From positions 1-64,000 of the IMG/VR virus record IMGVR_UViG_3300037067_007581: a DNA stretch of 64,000 nt. One strand, 5' to 3'. Below are positions 26,462 through 36,275 of the stretch, in pieces. Made by a program: the position numbers and the translations under genes. The stretch's first letter is position 1. Each line of letters starts with the position of its first letter. Below the pieces are notes generated by a model. That model searched no databases. It had not been told where the DNA came from and saw only the letters and a list, made by a program, of their open reading frames with translations. This DNA comes from a virus (taxonomy: Duplodnaviria > Caudoviricetes).

Positions 26462-27064
26462 ATGGAAGAAACAAAAGAATTGACAATTCAAGAACCTAAT
26501 AAGTCTACCGCAGGTAGAAAATCAATTCCTTTAAGCCTGTTGAAAGAGCGTAGGAAATACGAGGTCAGTTTAAAGCTGACTGGTTTAAGTACTTCTGCTA
26601 TTCAGAAGCAGGTTAATTCTCAAGCAACCGTTAAAGGTTGGGGTACTGTTGGTATTGCTACTATTAATAAAGATATTGCCCATCATTATTCTAAAACTAG
26701 AGTAATTGAAACTAAAGATTTTGATTACATGAGTAATCTTAGAGAGGCTATGCTAGCGCAAATGGAGGTAACTATGGAAAAGATGTCTATTCATATAATT
26801 AAAAATAAGAGCTGGAAACCTTTTCAGTATGAAGACGCTTTAGAGAAATTACACAAAATGCAGATGGATTATGTAGAGATACAAAACTGGAATTTAAGCA
26901 AGAAAAACATAATGAATTTTATTCAGAATAATATCAATACGGTTTATGATGAGGGGTCAAGAGAATTAAGAAAAGCGCCTCCCGAAGCTATCCAAAAATT
27001 AGCAGGCTATCTTGATGAAGTTATTGAAAAGATAGAAAAGGGCGTGGTAGAGGAGGAAGAATAA
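26462..27064 (+). CDS. Probable terminase small subunit
   Basis: HTH-like N-terminus plus helical body; immediately upstream of the large terminase. Confidence 0.6.
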   Translation: MEETKELTIQEPNKSTAGRKSIPLSLLKERRKYEVSLKLTGLSTSAIQKQVNSQATVKGWGTVGIATINKDIAHHYSKTRVIETKDFDYMSNLREAMLAQMEVTMEKMSIHIIKNKSWKPFQYEDALEKLHKMQMDYVEIQNWNLSKKNIMNFIQNNINTVYDEGSRELRKAPPEAIQKLAGYLDEVIEKIEKGVVEEEE

Positions 27065-27066
27065 TT

Positions 27067-28881
27067 ATGATAGAGGATTTAAAATTACCAGAGGAGTTAG
27101 TAGCTAAAGAGGGTATTGAAAGCATTAAAGAGCATTTGAATATGTGCCAAAATGCTCAAGATGTGAAGTATTTAAAAGAATGGCTACTAGACCCTTTAAA
27201 ATGGCGTTATCCCAGAGTGTCTTTTGACACTTTCCTTAATGGTGCTTTATATCTAAATGCCGGTGAAAATGTTTATCCCGAATTAAGAAGAATGGGTAAT
27301 GACATTTTAAATGGTAAATATTCAGAAGGAGTTATTGTAGCTGGAATTGGTGCTGGTAAAACTACTCTTTCAGAATTACTAGTGTGCTACGCTACGCATT
27401 ATTTATTATGTTTAAGGAATCCACATAAGACTTATAAATTAGCAAAAGATAAGCCGATAACTATTATTAATATGGGAACTACGGCAACACAGGCATTAGA
27501 GGTAACTTTTGCTGGTATTAAGAATTTTATCTTTAATAGTCCGTGGTTTGGTAATTTTAATCCAAATATACTTTCCGGAACTATAAGGTTCTCCCAGAAT
27601 AATATTTTATTAATGTCTGGTAATTCAAGGGCTACTACTCCATTAGGATATAATATTTTTTGTGGTGTTTTAGACGAAGCAGCATTTTATATGGATAATG
27701 ATAATCATCAGACCGCGGAAGAAATTTATACTGCTCTTCAGAGACGTGTTACTTCCAGGTTTGGTTATGATGGTTTAGTAATTATGATTTCATCTCCTAG
27801 GTATGAAGGGGATTTTATTATGAGGAAACTAGAAGACGCTAAAAAGTTTCCTGAATATGTTTATGGCAGGCAAATACCTACTTGGAAATGTAAACCTATT
27901 GATAAAGCTGATTTAGCCAATAAATTCTTATTTAATCAGAAACGAGGCGTTATTGTTTCTAGTGCGGAAGGGTTACCTGTTAGTCTATTGGAAGATGCAA
28001 TTTTTGACCAAACTAAGGATATATGGGAAATTCCAGGTGAATATAGAAAAGCTTTTCAGCAAGACCCAGAAAAAGCTAAAAGAGATTTTGCGGCAGTACC
28101 TAGTAAAACAATTCAAGCTTTTATGCCTAATACGGATTTAATTGGTAAAATGTTTACGGAAGCCGAAAGCCCAATACCTTTAGATGAAAAAACTGGTATA
28201 TCTTCTTTATCGGGAAAATATAAATTCTCAGAATTGCCCCTTAGAACTTCTTATTTTATCCATGTTGATTTAGCTTTAAATAAAGAGGGAAAAGGAGACT
28301 ACGCAGGTCTTGCCATGGCGCATTTAGATGGTTGGAATGAAGACCCTATAACTAAAGAGAGAAGTAAAAAGGTAGAAGTAGATTTAGCAGAACGGATTGG
28401 AGCTGGTCCCACAGGTGAAATACGGTTTTCAGATGTTAGGGAAAAGATTTATGCTTTAAAAGCTATGGGGTTTACTATAAGATTAGTAACCTTTGATGGT
28501 TTTAATTCCGCGGACGCTATTCAAATATTACGTTCGAAGGGTATAAGGTCGGAATTACTTTCTGTGGATAGGATAATGGAACCTTATGACACACTAAAAG
28601 AATTAATTTATGACCTTAGAATTAAATGTCATAAAATGCCTAAACTGAAAGAAGAGTTATCCAGATTAGAGCAAACAAAAGCGGCAAAAATTGACCACCC
28701 AGAAGGTGGCTCAAAGGATGTGTCAGACGCAGTATGTGGAGCTGTTTATAATGTAATAAAAAACACTTCTAATTCTGAAATGGGTATTTTAACTTCAGAC
28801 GTTAATCCAACTATTAAACCAGAGAGTCGTGATGACTATTATAGGAGGCTTGACAAAATGGCAAAAGAGGGTTTACTTTAA
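27067..28881 (+). CDS. Terminase large subunit
   Basis: AGIGAGKT (Walker A), VLDEAAF (Walker B), ISSP, FIHVDLA and KDVSDA nuclease motifs. Confidence 0.92.
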   Translation: MIEDLKLPEELVAKEGIESIKEHLNMCQNAQDVKYLKEWLLDPLKWRYPRVSFDTFLNGALYLNAGENVYPELRRMGNDILNGKYSEGVIVAGIGAGKTTLSELLVCYATHYLLCLRNPHKTYKLAKDKPITIINMGTTATQALEVTFAGIKNFIFNSPWFGNFNPNILSGTIRFSQNNILLMSGNSRATTPLGYNIFCGVLDEAAFYMDNDNHQTAEEIYTALQRRVTSRFGYDGLVIMISSPRYEGDFIMRKLEDAKKFPEYVYGRQIPTWKCKPIDKADLANKFLFNQKRGVIVSSAEGLPVSLLEDAIFDQTKDIWEIPGEYRKAFQQDPEKAKRDFAAVPSKTIQAFMPNTDLIGKMFTEAESPIPLDEKTGISSLSGKYKFSELPLRTSYFIHVDLALNKEGKGDYAGLAMAHLDGWNEDPITKERSKKVEVDLAERIGAGPTGEIRFSDVREKIYALKAMGFTIRLVTFDGFNSADAIQILRSKGIRSELLSVDRIMEPYDTLKELIYDLRIKCHKMPKLKEELSRLEQTKAAKIDHPEGGSKDVSDAVCGAVYNVIKNTSNSEMGILTSDVNPTIKPESRDDYYRRLDKMAKEGLL

Positions 28882-28939
28882 CTTTTTCAGATTTTGAGTT
28901 ATACTGTTATCAGTAATATAACTTCTTAATAAAAATACT

Positions 28940-30283
28940 ATGCCAAAAATTTTAGAAACCATCTTTGATAGACTAGGTTATGTAACGAAAGCTAAATACA
29001 AAGCAATTGCTTATGAACCTAGTTTAAAAATATATGGTAATATTGGTGACGGAATACCGAAACCAGGTAGGATTTCTTTTGAGCAATTACGAAAAATTGC
29101 TAAATATGATTCTTTAATTCGTATTTGTGTTAATACAATTAAAAAAGAAGTTGCGCAGTCTACTTGGGATATTATCCCAAGAAAAGGTTGGGAAACTACT
29201 GTTAATCAGAAACATGTAGAACAAGCTACGAATCTATTTCTAGAACCCAATTCTAATGGAGAGACTTTGCGTGTTTTATTAGAGAGAATTTTAGAGGATT
29301 TATTAGTATTAGATGCGGCAACCATAGAAAAAGTTTGGAATTTGAAAGGTGAGTTACTAGAACTAAATTCTGTTGATGGCGCTACAATTCGACCAGTATT
29401 CAATATCTACGGAGAAGTTGACCCAAATTATGCTTTTGTTCAGGTTATTAACGGAAAAACCATGGCAGAATTTAAAAAGAATGAAATGATTTATATTATG
29501 CAGAACCCTCAAAATGATATCATGACTTTTGGGTATGGTTTATCTCCAATTGAAAGCATTTTATTACAAGTTCAGGCCTCTCTTAATGCTGATATGTATA
29601 ATGCTCGTTCTTTTTCAGAGGATAATATTCCCCCCGGTATTCTTGATTTAGGTGATATGTCCGAGGATGAAGCTAATAGATTTAAAGCCTTATGGGACGC
29701 TACTGTTGTTGGTAATACACAAAAAATGAAATTTGTATGGGGAAGTAATAACTCAAAGAAATATATTCCTTTTCAGCAAAACAATAAAGATATGCAGTTT
29801 GTAGAGTATGTTGATTGGCTTAGTAGAATTAAATTAGCAGTTTATGGCTTATCTACTTTAGACGCTAATATTACCCAAGATGTGAATAGGTCGACTGCGG
29901 AAACGCAGTATAATATTTCTAATTCTAGAGGTATTAGAAGTGTAAAGAAATTAATAGAAGAATATTTTAATCGAGAAATATTAATGGCAATGGGTTTTAA
30001 TGATGTAGTATTTAAATTTGACGAATTGCCTAATATTCAGGATAAAAAAACACAAGCAGAAATAGATAAAATCTATATTGAAACTGGAGTAACAGACCCA
30101 AATGAAGTTCGTGTTCGAGAAGGTCAAGATGAATTAGATTATGGTGTTTCTGGGGATACAGTAGAGGATTTAGAACCAGAAGGTAAAGAGACTGCTCCAG
30201 AAGAAACTACAGATGAAACACCAGACGCTACCTCTCCACAAAAAAGTTTTAAGAAAAAATATTTTAAACCTCTTTATGAATAA
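28940..30283 (+). CDS. Portal protein (HK97-like)
   Basis: LLVLDAA, VDGATIRP, YGLSPIE and PPGIL; follows the terminase. Confidence 0.9.
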   Translation: MPKILETIFDRLGYVTKAKYKAIAYEPSLKIYGNIGDGIPKPGRISFEQLRKIAKYDSLIRICVNTIKKEVAQSTWDIIPRKGWETTVNQKHVEQATNLFLEPNSNGETLRVLLERILEDLLVLDAATIEKVWNLKGELLELNSVDGATIRPVFNIYGEVDPNYAFVQVINGKTMAEFKKNEMIYIMQNPQNDIMTFGYGLSPIESILLQVQASLNADMYNARSFSEDNIPPGILDLGDMSEDEANRFKALWDATVVGNTQKMKFVWGSNNSKKYIPFQQNNKDMQFVEYVDWLSRIKLAVYGLSTLDANITQDVNRSTAETQYNISNSRGIRSVKKLIEEYFNREILMAMGFNDVVFKFDELPNIQDKKTQAEIDKIYIETGVTDPNEVRVREGQDELDYGVSGDTVEDLEPEGKETAPEETTDETPDATSPQKSFKKKYFKPLYE

Positions 30284-30285
30284 TT

Positions 30286-31686
30286 ATGGACGATAGAAAT
30301 AAGGTGTTAGACAATTTGGAACGAAGCCAACAATATAAAAGAATGGAAAAGCTAATTCAGAAAGCATTGTTTGAGCAGTGGCAGGATTTGGCATTATCTG
30401 GTATTATTAATACTTTATTTAACCGATATAAAGAATTTGTTATTCAGAGGAAAAGGTTTAAAATAAAAAAATCTTTTAAAAAGCAGGTAGAAGAAGAGGT
30501 AGCCTCTGCTGATTTAAAAAGTAAAGAAAAAGAACAATTAAAGGCAGATAAAATTTTGACTCCGATGAATGTTCTGAAAATAGGTTCTTTACTATTATTT
30601 TTAGAGAGTTTAATAAATAAGAATACTAAATCTATTGCTAATTATTATAACTTTAAGCCTGAGATGCGTAATTGGCTTAATATTGCCGCAAATAAGGGTG
30701 GGCAAAGTATAATTAGCTTAATTAACCCTTCTGTGACTTTTAGGCTGTCTAAGGCTGAATATAAAGCTAAAATAGGCGAACGAGTAAACACCTTAGTTAA
30801 AGGTTTAGATGACACTACGAAAAAGAGGTTAACTAATTCTTTAGTTAAAGGTATTCGAGATGGAGAAACAAAATCAGAAATGGTTAAGCGTATTCAGAAA
30901 GAAGGCTTTGATTTGTCAAAAAATCGGGCTAAAAGAATAGTTGGAACTGAGACTGAGGCAATTAATGAATATATGAGATATGAAACTGCCAGATTAAATG
31001 GTGTTACTAGTAAACAGTGGATAACAGTAGGTGATGAGAGAGTATGTCCTATGTGTGGTCCGATGCATGGTAAAACTATTAAAATGCCAACCAATTTTAA
31101 ATCTAATTCTAAAGATATAAGTTTTGAGGGCTTATATCCACCTGTTCATCCTACCTGTCGTTGTTGGGTAACCTATAATGTAAATACTTCATTATGTTCA
31201 GCTTTTATCAAAAATAAAAAAACCTCTTTTGAGTTAATAGATGAAATACTTGCTAAGGCTAAAAAAGAGGAAGAGTTATATACTCCTGGTAAAGCAGAAA
31301 GTGATACCTGTGTTAATCCAGAAGCTTGCTGGGCAGGTGGTGAGAGCTTAGTAGGTGTGGATAAAGCTGTGGGTAACTTTTATAATAATATTTCTGAAGA
31401 TGAAAATTTTAAAGAAGCTTATAAATTACTTTTAGGGAAAGATGAAAATGGTACTAAAGTCTTAGAGATGTTTACAGAAGATTTTAAATTAATGGAAAAA
31501 GAATACGGTAAAGAGATTTATAGTAAACTAACAACTTTGAAAGAAGCTATTTTATTAACTCCTGTGGAAAACTTATTTTTAAGAAACATGACAGATACAG
31601 AATTAAAGTTTTTACAGGCAAAATATAGTTTAACGGAATCTGGGTTTATTCAGTTAAAATTAAATCTTGGTATTATTAAAAAATAA
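30286..31686 (+). CDS. Head morphogenesis (MuF/SPP1 gp7-like) protein with C-terminal extension
   Basis: RAKRIVGTE, KQWITVGDERVCPMC and PPVHPTCRC. Confidence 0.85.
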   Translation: MDDRNKVLDNLERSQQYKRMEKLIQKALFEQWQDLALSGIINTLFNRYKEFVIQRKRFKIKKSFKKQVEEEVASADLKSKEKEQLKADKILTPMNVLKIGSLLLFLESLINKNTKSIANYYNFKPEMRNWLNIAANKGGQSIISLINPSVTFRLSKAEYKAKIGERVNTLVKGLDDTTKKRLTNSLVKGIRDGETKSEMVKRIQKEGFDLSKNRAKRIVGTETEAINEYMRYETARLNGVTSKQWITVGDERVCPMCGPMHGKTIKMPTNFKSNSKDISFEGLYPPVHPTCRCWVTYNVNTSLCSAFIKNKKTSFELIDEILAKAKKEEELYTPGKAESDTCVNPEACWAGGESLVGVDKAVGNFYNNISEDENFKEAYKLLLGKDENGTKVLEMFTEDFKLMEKEYGKEIYSKLTTLKEAILLTPVENLFLRNMTDTELKFLQAKYSLTESGFIQLKLNLGIIKK

Positions 31687-31687
31687 C

Positions 31688-31717
31688 TTGACACTAAATA
31701 ACATATTGAATTATAAT
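31688..31717 (+). promoter_or_regulatory. Sigma70-type promoter
   Basis: TTGACA 31688-31693, 18-nt spacer, TATAAT 31712-31717; only 4 nt before the ATG at 31722, so the mRNA may be leaderless. Confidence 0.65.
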
Positions 31718-31721
31718 AAAT

Positions 31722-32024
31722 ATGAACGAGTATCGTTGCTACAACTGTGGAAAACTTTTATATAAAGCAGAAGGACGTATTGAAGTGGAGTGTATCTGCC
31801 CACGATGTAATTGTATAAACTATTCTTCAGATGAGATTAATGAGCTAGGAATCCGAGGCAGAGAATTTCAGTTGCAATCTATTAACCATTTATGCTATAA
31901 TGAAAACTGTAAACGACTTTTGTTTAAAAGTATAGGATATGGTATAATAGAAACGAAATGCGGACATTGTAAACAAATCTCTAACTTTGATACGGAGAAA
32001 TTACGGCAAGAAATAACAATTTAA
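31722..32024 (+). CDS. Tandem Mu Com-like zinc-finger protein
   Basis: Two repeats: YRCYNCGKLLYK..IECICPRC and LCYNENCKRLLFK..IETKCGHC. Confidence 0.7.
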   Translation: MNEYRCYNCGKLLYKAEGRIEVECICPRCNCINYSSDEINELGIRGREFQLQSINHLCYNENCKRLLFKSIGYGIIETKCGHCKQISNFDTEKLRQEITI

Positions 32025-32033
32025 TAAACATAA

Positions 32034-32112
32034 TCTCGGGTTTGAACGCCCTGAGACCCCTAGAGGGCCGACTAACAGTTCAAAATTTTATTTTGGTCGG
32101 TCTTCTTTTTTT
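32034..32112 (+). promoter_or_regulatory. Structured leader of the head operon
   Basis: Hairpin TCTCGGG/CCCTGAGA; CCGACT/GGTCGG stem followed by TCTTCTTTTTTT; loop TTTGAAC 32041-32047 is complementary to GTTCAAA 32078-32084. Confidence 0.55.
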
Positions 32113-32135
32113 AACAAATTAATTAACCACACTTT

Positions 32136-34208
32136 ATGTTCAGGATAACAATACCTGTGCTAAAGGCAGAACGGAATGAAAAAGGGAAGTTAGTGGTTCG
32201 GGGCGTTGCTTCGGATTCTACTATTGATAGGGACTCCGAGCGTTTTGACGGAAAAGCTCTTCTGAAAATGAAGAACAGTGTCAATGACGCAGCACTCCCG
32301 ATTCGCCTAGAGCATGAAAACAAAATTTATACAGATATCGGGGTTTGGAAAATGGCGGATATAAACTCTGAAAATAGAATGGTTGTGGAGGGTGAGATAG
32401 ACACGGAATTGTCTTTAGGCAAAGACATTGAAGTGTTAGCGAAGCGCGGAGAACCTTTATATCTATCCGTTGGTGGCAAAGTTATTGACGCTGGTTTTGA
32501 GTATTCTAAAGAACTTAATAAAAATATTAAGGTGTATAAGGATGTAGAATTAAACGAAATTTCTATCGTCAAAAATCCTGCTAATGCCAATACTTCGCTT
32601 AGTTTAGCCAAATCTGTTGACTGGGAAGGTACTGAAAAAGATAAAAAGATAGAATATACTACAGAAGCCCAAAAAATAGTTGCCTTTTATAAATCTTTTC
32701 AGAAAGTTTCTGTGGAAGATTTTACTAAAAAGGCTTTAACATCAGAAGAGCGGAAAAATTTACCCGACTCCTCTTTTGCGTATGTTTCAGAGGGTAAAGG
32801 CGGTAGTAAAGTTCGTAAATTACCTATTCATGACCCAGCCCATGTCAGAAATGCCTTAGCTATTTTAGGTGGTGCCAGAGGCGGTGTAAAAGGTATCCCC
32901 GAGGGAGATTTAAAAGAAGTTAAAGCTAGAGTAGAAGCCGCGGCTAAGAAATTTGGTATTGGTGAATATAAACAAAAGACATATACGAATTGGTCTGAAA
33001 TGTTTGAAGAAATACTGCCTTTGTTTTCAGAATCCATTGCCAAAGATTATGAAGAATGCCCAGTATCCTTTTGTTCTGGTGGTATTAGCGCAGAAGATAT
33101 GAATGTTATTATTCAGATAACAAAGTTTTTATCAGAAGTGGATATTCCAGAAGAAATGGACCGACCTAAACAATTAGATGACCCTTTGTTCTATGAAAAA
33201 TTAGGTGAGGAAAGTTTTGTTGTTTTGGGTAATCGAAGAATGGTATTACCACACCACAATATGGACTTTTCCGTTAATAAAGAGTTTTTAGCGTATGCTT
33301 TAAAACAATTATTTGATGGAAAAGGTTACTGGACTCCAAAAGATTATAGTATAGCCGTTAATCATTTATATTATCATCTGAAAGAAGAAGCTATGCTTAA
33401 AGCTTGTAAAACACCTAAAAGCAAGACTCCTATGAAAAAGGGTCTTTCAGACATAGAATTAGCTTTTTTAAAAAGTTCTCATTCTTATTTTAAAGGTGAA
33501 TTAAAGGAAAAACCGGCCTTAGAGGGTACAGAAGTTACTGATGATTTAATTAAGAGAGCGGCGCAAGCTTATGAGTCCCTATTACAAAAACCCGAATATC
33601 TTAAATCATTAACCGAAAATAACACTATGCCAGAAATTAAAAAGACCGAGGGTGAAATCCCAGAAGTAACACCGGTGGAAACACCTGTGGAAACTCCTGT
33701 CGAAACACCCGCTGAGACCCCGGCCGAAGAGCCGAAGGTTGAAGAAAAACCAGTAGAACAACCAAAGGCGGAAGAAAAACCCGTAGAAACACCAGCCGAA
33801 GAGCCGGTGAAACCTGCGGAAACGCCTGAAGTTGAAAAGAAAGAAGTAGAAAAAAAGTTTGACGGAGAAGCTTTAGAAAAGGCTATCTCTGACAAAGTTT
33901 TAAGCAAAGTAGACGAGATGCTGAAAAAATTAGCCACAGCGGTTGATTTACTTTCAGAAAAAGTAACTAAATCAGAAGGCGCTTCTAAGACGATTGAAGA
34001 CATCCAGAAAACTTTGGATACCCAAAGCGAAATTCTGGACAAATTAGCTTCAGTCTCTACACAGCGCAAATCAGTAGCCGTTTTTCAGGCTGTTGAAAAA
34101 GCATTTTTACCAAGCGAAGAAAGTAAATCCTTCGAGGAAAAGATGGAGAAATATATGGACGAAGGCAAAACATTCGTTGAGGCCTATAAATTGACCAAAA
34201 GTGCTTAG
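32136..34208 (+). CDS. HK97-type prohead protease fused to scaffold region
   Basis: VRGVASDSTIDRDSE, LEHE, LSVGG and EISIVKNPAN; Pro/Glu-rich linker and coiled-coil C-terminus. Confidence 0.88.
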   Translation: MFRITIPVLKAERNEKGKLVVRGVASDSTIDRDSERFDGKALLKMKNSVNDAALPIRLEHENKIYTDIGVWKMADINSENRMVVEGEIDTELSLGKDIEVLAKRGEPLYLSVGGKVIDAGFEYSKELNKNIKVYKDVELNEISIVKNPANANTSLSLAKSVDWEGTEKDKKIEYTTEAQKIVAFYKSFQKVSVEDFTKKALTSEERKNLPDSSFAYVSEGKGGSKVRKLPIHDPAHVRNALAILGGARGGVKGIPEGDLKEVKARVEAAAKKFGIGEYKQKTYTNWSEMFEEILPLFSESIAKDYEECPVSFCSGGISAEDMNVIIQITKFLSEVDIPEEMDRPKQLDDPLFYEKLGEESFVVLGNRRMVLPHHNMDFSVNKEFLAYALKQLFDGKGYWTPKDYSIAVNHLYYHLKEEAMLKACKTPKSKTPMKKGLSDIELAFLKSSHSYFKGELKEKPALEGTEVTDDLIKRAAQAYESLLQKPEYLKSLTENNTMPEIKKTEGEIPEVTPVETPVETPVETPAETPAEEPKVEEKPVEQPKAEEKPVETPAEEPVKPAETPEVEKKEVEKKFDGEALEKAISDKVLSKVDEMLKKLATAVDLLSEKVTKSEGASKTIEDIQKTLDTQSEILDKLASVSTQRKSVAVFQAVEKAFLPSEESKSFEEKMEKYMDEGKTFVEAYKLTKSA
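33669..33728 (+). repeat. 12-nt tandem repeat (TPVE/TPAE x5)
   Basis: acaccggtggaa acacctgtggaa actcctgtcgaa acacccgctgag accccggccgaa. Confidence 0.8.
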
Positions 34209-34238
34209 TCGTTTTTAATAATTAATTTTTTTCTTACT

Positions 34239-35216
34239 ATGCCTATTCCTGTAAATTTAGAGGAAACCTTGGCAAAGGTTGAAAAAACCATCTCTACTCC
34301 TGTCTATACTAACCCATCAGCGTTGGTATTGGTTAGAGAAAATCTTTCAGCTTATGTCGACCGGTTAACCTCAAAAGAAACTGCTATTCGTGACCGCTTA
34401 CCTCGTAAGACTGGTTCTGGTTTAGCCGCTTCTTGGAACGTTTTAACAGCTATTGTAGCTAATGACGCTCCTTTCACTGAAGGTAGTACTCCTACCGAAG
34501 ACAATGCAACTTATGCTCGTCGTTCAGCTGTCTATAAAGAATTGGGTAAAACCAAGTCTATTACCGATAAAATGATTGCCGCTGGTAAAAGCTTTATCGA
34601 TATGGAAGCAGAACAGACCGAGGTTGCTATTCGAGAAGTTGTTCAAAATGAGGAAAGTTTAATCATCACTGGCGATGCTACTGGCACTCCAACCCAATTT
34701 GATGGTTTACGAACTTTAATTACTACCAATACTTTTGATGATTTAAATAGTGCGTTAGGTTTCAGAACCGATTTATTAGATATGGCTGTTGCCACTATTG
34801 TCAATACTTATGGTGTTAAACCGACCGCTATTTATTGTTCTTGGGGTATGAAGAGAGCTATTAATCAATCTTTAGCTGGTGATGTTCGTGTCAATTTAGA
34901 CCAATCTAACCAGGTTTCAACAGGTGTTGATGTAGCTTTTTATCAGTCAATGGTTGGTAAATTACCTTTCATTGCAACCTTTGGTATTACCGATGACACT
35001 ACTACTTATGCTGGTAATACTGTTGGTGACATTTACATCGTAACCGAAAATACTTCTGGTCAACCAGTTTTATACATGGAAGATTTATATCCATTGGGTA
35101 AAACAATGTTAGATAGAACTGGTGCCGCTATCAAGTTTATGGTAACCGAATGTACAGTCTTAGTTTGCCGAGCGCAAGAATTCCAGTACAGAATTACTGG
35201 TGTCAGAATTGCTTAG
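34239..35216 (+). CDS. Major capsid protein
   Basis: Follows the protease/scaffold; 325 aa; FDGLRTL motif and P-domain-like C-terminus; followed by a stable hairpin. Confidence 0.85.
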   Translation: MPIPVNLEETLAKVEKTISTPVYTNPSALVLVRENLSAYVDRLTSKETAIRDRLPRKTGSGLAASWNVLTAIVANDAPFTEGSTPTEDNATYARRSAVYKELGKTKSITDKMIAAGKSFIDMEAEQTEVAIREVVQNEESLIITGDATGTPTQFDGLRTLITTNTFDDLNSALGFRTDLLDMAVATIVNTYGVKPTAIYCSWGMKRAINQSLAGDVRVNLDQSNQVSTGVDVAFYQSMVGKLPFIATFGITDDTTTYAGNTVGDIYIVTENTSGQPVLYMEDLYPLGKTMLDRTGAAIKFMVTECTVLVCRAQEFQYRITGVRIA

Positions 35217-35223
35217 TTGCTTA

Positions 35224-35250
35224 TGGGGCTGGCCTAAACCCCCAGCCCCA
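35224..35250 (+). other. GC-rich hairpin after the capsid gene (no U-tract)
   Basis: TGGGGCTGG/CCAGCCCCA, 9 bp. Confidence 0.7.
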
Positions 35251-35272
35251 CTAAATAAATAACTTTATACTT

Positions 35273-35881
35273 ATGTCTGTAATTAAACGGTTGTCTCAAA
35301 CTTTGGGACAATTAAGAAAGGGGTATGCCGTTGACACCAAACAAGGTGGTTACCCTGTTGAACAAACATTGTTCAATGTCCCTGCAGTATCCGCAACCGC
35401 TATTCATGCGGCAGTTACTTTAACTACAGTAGCACAAACAATTTCTACTGCTATTACCAATCCAACCATTTATCGAACATTATCTGTAACCGGTAATGGT
35501 GCAGGTGTCTATGGTTCTGTTACTATTTATGGAAAAAATTGGGCAGACCAAACAATTTCAGAAACAATTATCGCCTCTGGTTCTGGTGCTATTAAAGGTA
35601 ATATGCCTTTTAAAACAGTAAAGAAAATTGTTTTCCCGGCTAGAGTGGCTCCTGGTGACACTATTTCCGTTGGTATTAGTGATAAGTTAGGTTTATATCG
35701 TCCGTTATTTGGTGCAACTTCCGCTAGTTTAATTGAAGTTCAAAGAAGAGCTTCGGCTGGAACTTCTTATGCTAAAGAAACTGCTCCTACGATTGATGCT
35801 ACTTATGACACTATTCTTCCAAACGGCGGTATTACCGCGGCAGATAATTTCAAGGTTTCTTATTTATCAGATATCTTTTAA
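35273..35881 (+). CDS. Probable capsid decoration/virion protein
   Basis: Thr/Ala/Gly-rich beta protein directly after the MCP. Confidence 0.55.
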   Translation: MSVIKRLSQTLGQLRKGYAVDTKQGGYPVEQTLFNVPAVSATAIHAAVTLTTVAQTISTAITNPTIYRTLSVTGNGAGVYGSVTIYGKNWADQTISETIIASGSGAIKGNMPFKTVKKIVFPARVAPGDTISVGISDKLGLYRPLFGATSASLIEVQRRASAGTSYAKETAPTIDATYDTILPNGGITAADNFKVSYLSDIF

Positions 35882-35935
35882 TTGGTTGCTATATTTGCCT
35901 ATCAGGAAACTGGTGGGCAAACTATAATAACTAAC
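35882..35935 (+). other. Long intergenic hairpin with GAAA tetraloop
   Basis: TTTGCCTATCAG-GAAA-CTGGTGGGCAAA (35894-35921) plus an AT-rich basal extension. Confidence 0.7.
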
Positions 35936-35948
35936 TCAAAAAACTACT

Positions 35949-36206
35949 ATGATTAATGTTAAGGGCTTTAGAACCATTACCATACAACAAATGTTAGACC
36001 CGAAGAACGAGCCTAATATTAAGCAATATTTTGTTGTTGATGCTGATGGCGATGTAACCAACTTATTTATGGCACAATCTAATGCTGGAACGGGTACTGC
36101 ATGTTTAGAGCAAGTTTTTCAGTATAATACGGTTAGCGGTGTTAAAAGTTTACAAAAAATAGCTTGGCGTGATTCTACTTGGGCAGGTGCTGCTTGGGAC
36201 ATTTAA
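35949..36206 (+). CDS. Hypothetical virion-module protein
   Basis: ORF track. Confidence 0.5.
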   Translation: MINVKGFRTITIQQMLDPKNEPNIKQYFVVDADGDVTNLFMAQSNAGTGTACLEQVFQYNTVSGVKSLQKIAWRDSTWAGAAWDI

Positions 36207-36275
36207 AAAATTCTCACTTATAATACATTATAAGTTTTTGTCTACTGGCTTTGCCCAGTCTACAAATTAATTAAT

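Noticed and set aside
31356-31364. Perfect reverse DnaA box TGTGGATAA
   Set aside because: It is inside a coding region (Gly-Val-Asp-Lys codons), isolated, and not part of an origin-like cluster.
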